From: Mycoplasmoides genitalium G37 | Lineage (GTDB): Bacteria > Bacillota_I > Bacilli_A > Mycoplasmatales > Mycoplasmoidaceae | DNA length: 32,000 nucleotides | Assembly: GCF_000027325.1 (NCBI RefSeq) | Contig: NC_000908.2 | Span: 420,001-452,000, forward strand | Direction: 5' to 3' | Shown here: in pieces, positions 25,197 through 32,000 of the stretch | Position numbering within the stretch: position 1 is the first letter of the stretch | Layout: every line of letters starts with the position of its first letter | The notes under the pieces: generated by a model | The model's database searches: none | Seen by the model: the letters and a program-made list of their open reading frames with translations, nothing else | Told to the model about the DNA's origin: nothing | Translations under genes and position numbers: made by a program

Positions 25197-26165
25197 CTAG
25201 TTTAGTGGAGTATAAACACTATCCAAGAAATTTAAAAAATCAACACTAACTCTTACTGCGTGTTGTTTAATTCCATAAGATTTTTGTGATCTTTGAACTG
25301 CTGGTTGAGAAGATTGTGGTGAAGTAGGAGTAGTATTTTGTCCATTACCACTACTTGAGTCACCACCTGAACTGCCATCACTACCGCCCCCTTCACCACT
25401 TGAAGCTGGTGGGGTTGAATCACCCTGACCTGATCCAGGTGCATTAGGATTTGTAGAGTTATCCAAACCATAAAAATTAGCTCTTATCTTATTAAGGTTA
25501 TCTTTTCTAAAAGCAATCACAATTGCTTTAGTTACATCATTACCAACTGTTTGAGCATGCACATTTGATTGATTGATTAAGTTAGCTACATTACCACCAT
25601 AAGTACGTTGAATAAAATCAACTATTTCTCTATAGCGAACTGCAGAAGCATCTGATCTTCTTAACTTATTGGAATTGTCTTTATCTTCTTGACTTGCAAG
25701 TTCGTTTTTTCTATCCACAACAGGAAAACGTGCATATGGGTTTCACTTTACTGAACCAGGAGCAATATCATTCCAAATTAAAAATTTAACTCCGTTTGGA
25801 TAAGTAGAATAACGGTTTTGCACCTGTCTGATGGTGGTACCCAAGGTACCTCCTCAACTAAGAGAACTTGTACCTTGATTAGTAGAACCGTTTAGAAAAT
25901 TAATTTGGGAACTATCTGTTTCGGTTGCAATAACAACCACATAATTACCATCGTTATATGATCTGGTTCCAAAAACTAAGTTTCTAAATGTTGTACTGTT
26001 AACAGGCAATTGGTTGTAAGCTGTATTTTTTTCCACACTTTCAACAGAAAGTTCACGAAAAAAAGACTGATCGATGTTACTACAAGAACTTAAAATCATT
26101 CCTGTTCCTAGTAATAAAACTAACCATGCTTTTTTATGTTTTAGATTTCAAAAAAGACGCTTCAT
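25197..26165 (-). CDS. Lipoprotein (MG348-like), 322 aa
   Basis: Code-4 joining of 25197..25718 and 25854..26099, extended to ATG 26163-26165. N-terminus MKRLFWNLKHKKAWLVLLLGTGMILSSCSN has a lipobox; C-terminal part is Gly/Ser/Pro-rich. Confidence 0.88.
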
Positions 26166-26177
26166 TTCTAAATTGAC

Positions 26178-26265
26178 TGGTGTCGGAGACCAGACTTGAA
26201 CTGGCACAGTCTTTAACGACCACAAGCACCTCAAGCTTGCGTGTCTACCATTCCACCACTCCGAC
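26178..26265 (-). tRNA. tRNA-Leu (anticodon GAG)
   Basis: Reverse complement GTCGGAGTGGTGGAATGGTAGACACGCAAGCTTGAGGTGCTTG...GCCAGTTCAAGTCTGGTCTCCGACACCA: class II tRNA, 7-bp acceptor, 5-bp anticodon stem CAAGC/GCTTG, loop TTGAGGT, A73, encoded CCA. Confidence 0.93.
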
Positions 26266-26575
26266 TATTTGCTTGTAGTTAATATTGTTTATATTAATAA
26301 AAATTTTAATACAAGAGTTAACAAGGCTATTAGCTTGTACTAGCTTAAACTAGGAATATAAAGGTGTTATTTCAAGCTAAATTCCCGCTTTTTTCTCCTT
26401 AAATTCAACTTTTTTTATCCGATTATTGGTAAATAAATCAGTTTAAAAAGTTATTAACAAAATGTTTATAAGTCTCAAAAAAGGGTTGTTTTAGACTGTT
26501 TTTAATGTCAATAAGTTGTAAATAAATGGCAGAAAAATCTTTTTTTAGCCTTTTAATGCAAAGTAATTTCAATAA

Positions 26576-27790
26576 ATGGAGGATAGCGTCTTATACTCTT
26601 TTTACTTTTGAACGTATATGCAACCCAACTATTACCGTGTGATCAAAAAAGCAACATCATTTTCTGGATTAGAAATGATCTCTCATGCTTATGGTCAAAT
26701 TGCGGGAGTGGAAGTTGTTGGGTTTTATTTATGACTAATAACAGAAGCTAATATTCAGGCGTTCAACAGTGAAATTAGAACCCCCATTTCACGATTACAA
26801 AATGCCTTTAATCCTTTTGAAATTAAAAAAAACCAAGTCTCTGAATGGATTTATAAAACTATTAGCAAATTAGAGAGTCTTGGTTTAGTGAGAACTTTTT
26901 TTTCACCAAAACGCTCTGAAATAACTTTTTGTATTATTGATCCTTTAGATTGGAAAGAATTTAAGCAAAACAAACAATTAAAAGAAAAACTAGTTGAGGC
27001 AATGGGAAAAGTTGAATATGACCGAAACTGCTTAGCTTTTGATCAAATCGACAATCTTCAATTTGATAATGCGCTTGAAATCTCTGCTAACTTTGAAGTT
27101 AATTTCACTGCAAACCAAAGCGATGTTTGATTTAGCTTTAACTTCGAGGAACTACATAAAGAACTTGTAAAAAACAAACTTTTAATTTCTTTAGATGAAA
27201 AAGCTAAGACTTTAATTAATGGTTATTTTGAAAAATACAAGCTTTCATTGCAACAAATTACTGATTGCATCATCAACAGTAGTACTCAAGAGAATGAGCT
27301 TGATTTTCAAAAGTTAGAAATGATGTTTTTTCAAATAGTAAAAAATGATACAGCTCCCATTTTAGAAACAGTTTCAAACAACAAAGACTTTTTTTATAAG
27401 AATGAAATTTTAGATGAATCAACAAAAAAAGCAATAACAGACTGTCATGTAAACTTCAATTCTGAAAAATACCTTTTTCTTCTATATGGAAAGATAGATG
27501 AATCGCAATTGCAATTAGTTAGACAATTGAGAAGTGATTATCAACTATTAGATAAAGTAATTAATTTAGTATTAGACTTTTCCTTTTGAAAAAATAACGG
27601 AATGTGAAGAGAAAAATACATTCTAAAAATTGCCCAATCCATCAAAATTAATAACAGTCAAAACAGTTATGAAAAAACCCTTAATAATTTTATTAGAGCA
27701 CTAACTTTAAATAAAAAGCATTCTTTAAATAATATAAAACCAGTTGAAAAAACAATTTCCTTTACTGAGTATTTTGAATTTATTAAATAA
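26576..27790 (+). CDS. MG349-like protein; candidate DnaB/DnaD-type replication initiation protein, 404 aa
   Basis: Code-4 ORF joining 26888..27130 and 27248..27589. Start at ATG 26576 or ATG 26618. DnaB-like features by eye: AYGQIAGVEVVGFYLWLITEAN, RLQNAFNPFEIKKNQVSEWIYKTISKLESLGLVRTFF, IIDPLDWKEF. Confidence 0.75.
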
Positions 27791-28725
27791 TGAAAATTTC
27801 ACCAGATCAAAAAGATAAAAAGTCATTATTTAAAAAACATTTTGCTTATTTGAAATTAACTGAAAAAGAACTTAATGATCCTAAGATACAAACACTTTTA
27901 GAAGTTGCGTGGAATCATTTTGATCAGTGTAGAAAAATTAAAGAAAGAAGATGTAGTAATAAAGGTGATATCCATCTTCAAGCTGTTAGAGAGTGGTTAC
28001 CTTGAGAATTTAACGCTAATCAACTTAAAAAAAATAGTACAAAAGAAACAACGCAAGTTAGTGAAAATGAATTTATGGGTAATGTTATGCTCATGCAAAC
28101 TATTTGTCCTAAATTAGTTAATAAAGCAAACTGATTTGATTTAACTTATGAGCGTTTTATTGTTACAAAACCAAACTGATTTAAATACATGGATTTGATT
28201 CCAATGATCCAAAATTTACCAGTAACTCCAAGTGATAAAAATAGTTTTGGTTATGCATACAAAAAGATATCTAATCTTTTTGAAACTGAAAAGAAAACAA
28301 AGAAAAGGATATTTTTTTTCAATTTACAAAAGAATAACATTAACAATATGGCAGCTTGTATGTTAACTTGTGAAATAGCTAAGAAAAATATAAAAGTTGC
28401 TTTAATTTATTGTGAAGAATTTGTTAGCAGATATGACAAAAGTTATTGAAAGGTAGATGATGATTTAAATTTACTTGATGAGGCAAAAGTAATCATATTC
28501 ATTGGTTTAGGTCAGGAAAGTTTTCATAACAAAAACTATATCTTGTTTATGACAAGGCTTTTTATAAATTGTTTTTTGAAAAGAAAAGATGTTTTCTTTT
28601 TTAGCACTACTTATAGTGATGGTAATGGATTAATTCAAACATTTAAAAACCAAATTATTAGTAGTGCAAATTGAGTAAAACACTTTTTTGAACAACTTAA
28701 TGATTTATTAATGATTAATATTTAA
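27790..28725 (+). CDS. MG350-like protein; candidate degenerate DnaI-type helicase loader, 311 aa
   Basis: ATG overlaps the upstream TAA by 1 nt (TAATG); code-4 ORF ends TAA 28723-28725. The C-terminal half has an AAA+-like layout without canonical Walker residues. Confidence 0.72.
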
Positions 28726-28782
28726 AAATTACATTCTTTCACCAATAAATAGCTAAGTTTATGTAAAATTTATCTTGTATTA

Positions 28783-28864
28783 CCTGGAGTGGCGGAATGG
28801 TAGACGCGGTGGACTCAAAACCCACTAGGAAACTGTAGGAGTTCAAGTCTCCTCTCCAGGACCA
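28783..28864 (+). tRNA. tRNA-Leu (anticodon CAA)
   Basis: Class II tRNA: acceptor CCTGGAG/CTCCAGG, anticodon loop CTCAAAA, variable arm, T arm GGAGTTCAAGTCTCC, A73 and encoded CCA. Confidence 0.92.
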
Positions 28865-28896
28865 TAATTAAATACTTAAATTTACACTACGAAATT

Positions 28897-28933
28897 ACAA
28901 GCTCAGTTTAAAGCTGAGCTTGTTTTATTTTTA
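28897..28933 (+). terminator. Intrinsic terminator after tRNA-Leu(CAA)
   Basis: Perfect 10-bp inverted repeat ACAAGCTCAG (28897-28906) / CTGAGCTTGT (28914-28923) followed by TTTATTTTTA. Confidence 0.8.
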
Positions 28934-28942
28934 TAGTGATTT

Positions 28943-29617
28943 CTATTTAGCTAATGCTCTTTTTCAATAAAACTTTTGAAAGGAACGCATAATTGGCACT
29001 CCAAAACAACTAACAAGTCCAAATTTCACCAAATTAAAAAACGAATATAAACAGAAAATTCCCAGCCAATAGTTATTAATTCCAAAGAAAAAGAAATGAA
29101 AATCAGTGTTCTTGTTATATTGTTCAGCAACTATTAAAAAGTTAGGTGTTTGAACATAACCAAAGTAGTATCAAAACAAAGGTGTTATCAAAATACCGTT
29201 AAGCGTTGTTAGTAATAAAGCATTGGATAAGGTTGTAAATAAAAACACAAAGATTCAACAAAATCTTCTTTTTGAAAATAAACAAAAATAAAGCCTTGTA
29301 AATAAGATAGTCGATAAGTTAGCTAAAGTTACAGTTAGAACACCAATAACATTATTAGTATTTCAAAAAAAACTAGTTAAAGCAGAAGCTAATGTAATTG
29401 TTAAGCTTCAACCTAGTGACACAAAAAAAGCACATGCAACTAAAAAAACAACGGAAATATCAAAAGTTAGTTTTAGTTGTGAGAAAAAAGGAATACTAAT
29501 AAATTCACTAATTAATGATGTAATGATGGCCAAAGCAAGCATCATTGCACTAAAAGTAATATTAAATAACTGATGGTATGATTTTTTTGGCAAAAAAACC
29601 AGTTTATTACCATTCAT
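28943..29617 (-). CDS. Multi-pass membrane protein, candidate ECF transporter S-component (MG350.1-like), 224 aa
   Basis: Code-4 extension of 29408..29617 to TAG 28943. Hydrophobic segments with LISEFISIPFFSQLKLTFDISVVFLVACAFFVSLGWSLTITLASALTSFF, similar to the LxxDFSDIPALLAGFLFGPLAG pattern of ECF S-components. Confidence 0.7.
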
Positions 29618-29664
29618 TATTTAAAAGACTCTTGAATTATTAGTTAATAATAATATTTATTGAT

Positions 29665-31048
<1,384 letters not shown>

Positions 31049-31196
31049 ATAATTATTTTTTAAAACTTTATTAGCTCTGTTATTGCTAAAAACAAAAGAG
31101 AAACAATTTAACGCATTCTATTTTATTATTGATTCAACAATTAAATTAAAACACTTATAAAGTAAATTTTTAGACAATTATTTCTATTCTTAAGAC

Positions 31197-31610
31197 ATGG
31201 AACAAAACAATATTAAAGAACAACTTATTTCTTTCTTTAATCAAGCATGTTCTACCCACCAAGAAAGACTTGATTTTATCTGTTCTACAAGAGAAAGTGA
31301 TACTTTTTCTAGTGTTGATGTACCACTTGAACCCATTAAAAATATTATTGAAATAACTAAAGATGAAAATCAACAAATTGAAATTACAAAAATAGCTGTT
31401 AATAACATTAAAACATTATCTTCTGTTGGTGCAACCGGTCAGTATATGGCATCTTTCTTTTCAACGAATAGTGAGCCAGCTATAATATTTTGCGTCATTT
31501 ATTTTTTATATCACTTTGGTTTTTTAAAAGATAACAATAAAAAACAAATAATAAAAAAGGCTTATGAAACTATTGCTGATAACATTGCTGACTATTTAAA
31601 TGAAAATTAG
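31197..31610 (+). CDS. Conserved mycoplasma protein (MG354-like), 137 aa
   Basis: Intact ORF; sequence recognised as MG354-like, function unknown. Confidence 0.85.
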   Translation: MEQNNIKEQLISFFNQACSTHQERLDFICSTRESDTFSSVDVPLEPIKNIIEITKDENQQIEITKIAVNNIKTLSSVGATGQYMASFFSTNSEPAIIFCVIYFLYHFGFLKDNNKKQIIKKAYETIADNIADYLNEN

Positions 31611-31612
31611 GT

Positions 31613-32000
31613 TTAAGACTTATTATTTTGTGTAATGGTAATATTGTCTTTAACAACTGCAATGTTGTATCCAACACCTTTTTTTATCTTTCCCTGAAGG
31701 ATATATTTAGCTATTAAAGTTGCAACACTATGATCAATAAAGCGCTTAATTGGTCTTGCACCAAACTGTTGATCAAAACTACTTTTATAGATAAACTCTG
31801 TTAGATTTGAATCAAAATTAAAAAATAAATTTTGTTTATTCAAGCGTTTTGAAAGTTGTGCCAACAAGCTGTTGATTATCGATAAAACTGTATCTTTCTC
31901 AAGAACATTGAAAAATACTATCTCATCAATACGATTTATAAATTCAGGACGGAAATGTTTCTTTAGACTTTGAATGGCCAAATCTTTTTTTCCTTCTAAA
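31613..32000 (-). CDS. clpB: ATP-dependent chaperone ClpB, C-terminal part; gene continues past the window edge
   Basis: HFRPEFINRIDEIVFFNVLEKD...FGARPIKRFIDHSVATLIAKYILQG is the ClpB/HSP100 C-terminal signature. TAA at 31613-31615; no start within the window. Confidence 0.93.
   Translation of the reverse strand, partial: LEGKKDLAIQSLKKHFRPEFINRIDEIVFFNVLEKDTVLSIINSLLAQLSKRLNKQNLFFNFDSNLTEFIYKSSFDQQFGARPIKRFIDHSVATLIAKYILQGKIKKGVGYNIAVVKDNITITQNNKS

Noticed and set aside
25253-25471. 72-aa minus-strand ORF rich in Gln/His/Val in the MG348 region.
   Set aside because: It is an alternative frame of the Gly/Ser-rich lipoprotein C-terminus and has low-complexity composition only.
26266-26575. 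Possible unannotated structured RNA in the ~310-bp gap between tRNA-Leu(GAG) and the MG349-like gene.
   Set aside because: I found only weak AT-rich partial repeats (e.g. TAGCTTGTACTAGCTT) and no stable conserved fold by eye; not enough support.
31170-31376. Minus-strand ORF overlapping MG354 start.
   Set aside because: Antisense to the conserved MG354-like gene and without a recognisable domain.

Overview
Gene-dense, AT-rich mollicute chromosome. UGA must be read as Trp (genetic code 4); the supplied ORF track treats UGA as stop and so breaks most real genes into in-frame fragments. From protein families and gene order I recognise the Mycoplasma genitalium (G37-like) MG335.1-MG355 region: UPF0154 protein, glycosyltransferase, SufS-like and SufU-like proteins, a large lipoprotein, recA, a ~2.27 kb MgPar-type repeat island (truncated mgpB/MG191-like plus mgpC/MG192-like sequence), rpoC, rpoB, FMN reductase, an MG343-type protein, an alpha/beta hydrolase, ileS, a SPOUT methyltransferase, trmB, tRNA-His, a lipoprotein, tRNA-Leu(GAG), an MG349/MG350 pair, tRNA-Leu(CAA), an ECF S-component-like membrane protein, ppa, recU, an HU-like protein, MG354 and the 3' end of clpB. 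Most worth a second look: (1) the MG349/MG350 pair, which resembles a DnaB/DnaI-type (Firmicutes) primosome pair whose loader has lost the Walker motifs; (2) the MgPar donor island beside recA, with an (AGT)10 tract and a compound (CTT)16(CTA)8 tract at an internal deletion/frameshift junction; (3) an Asn at the RpoB position equivalent to E. coli His526; (4) a tRNA ending 12 nt before a lipoprotein start codon; (5) repeated ACTCCTA boxes between recA and the MgPar. I found no CRISPR array, transposon, prophage or dedicated defence system. Family and locus identifications come from memory; no database was searched.
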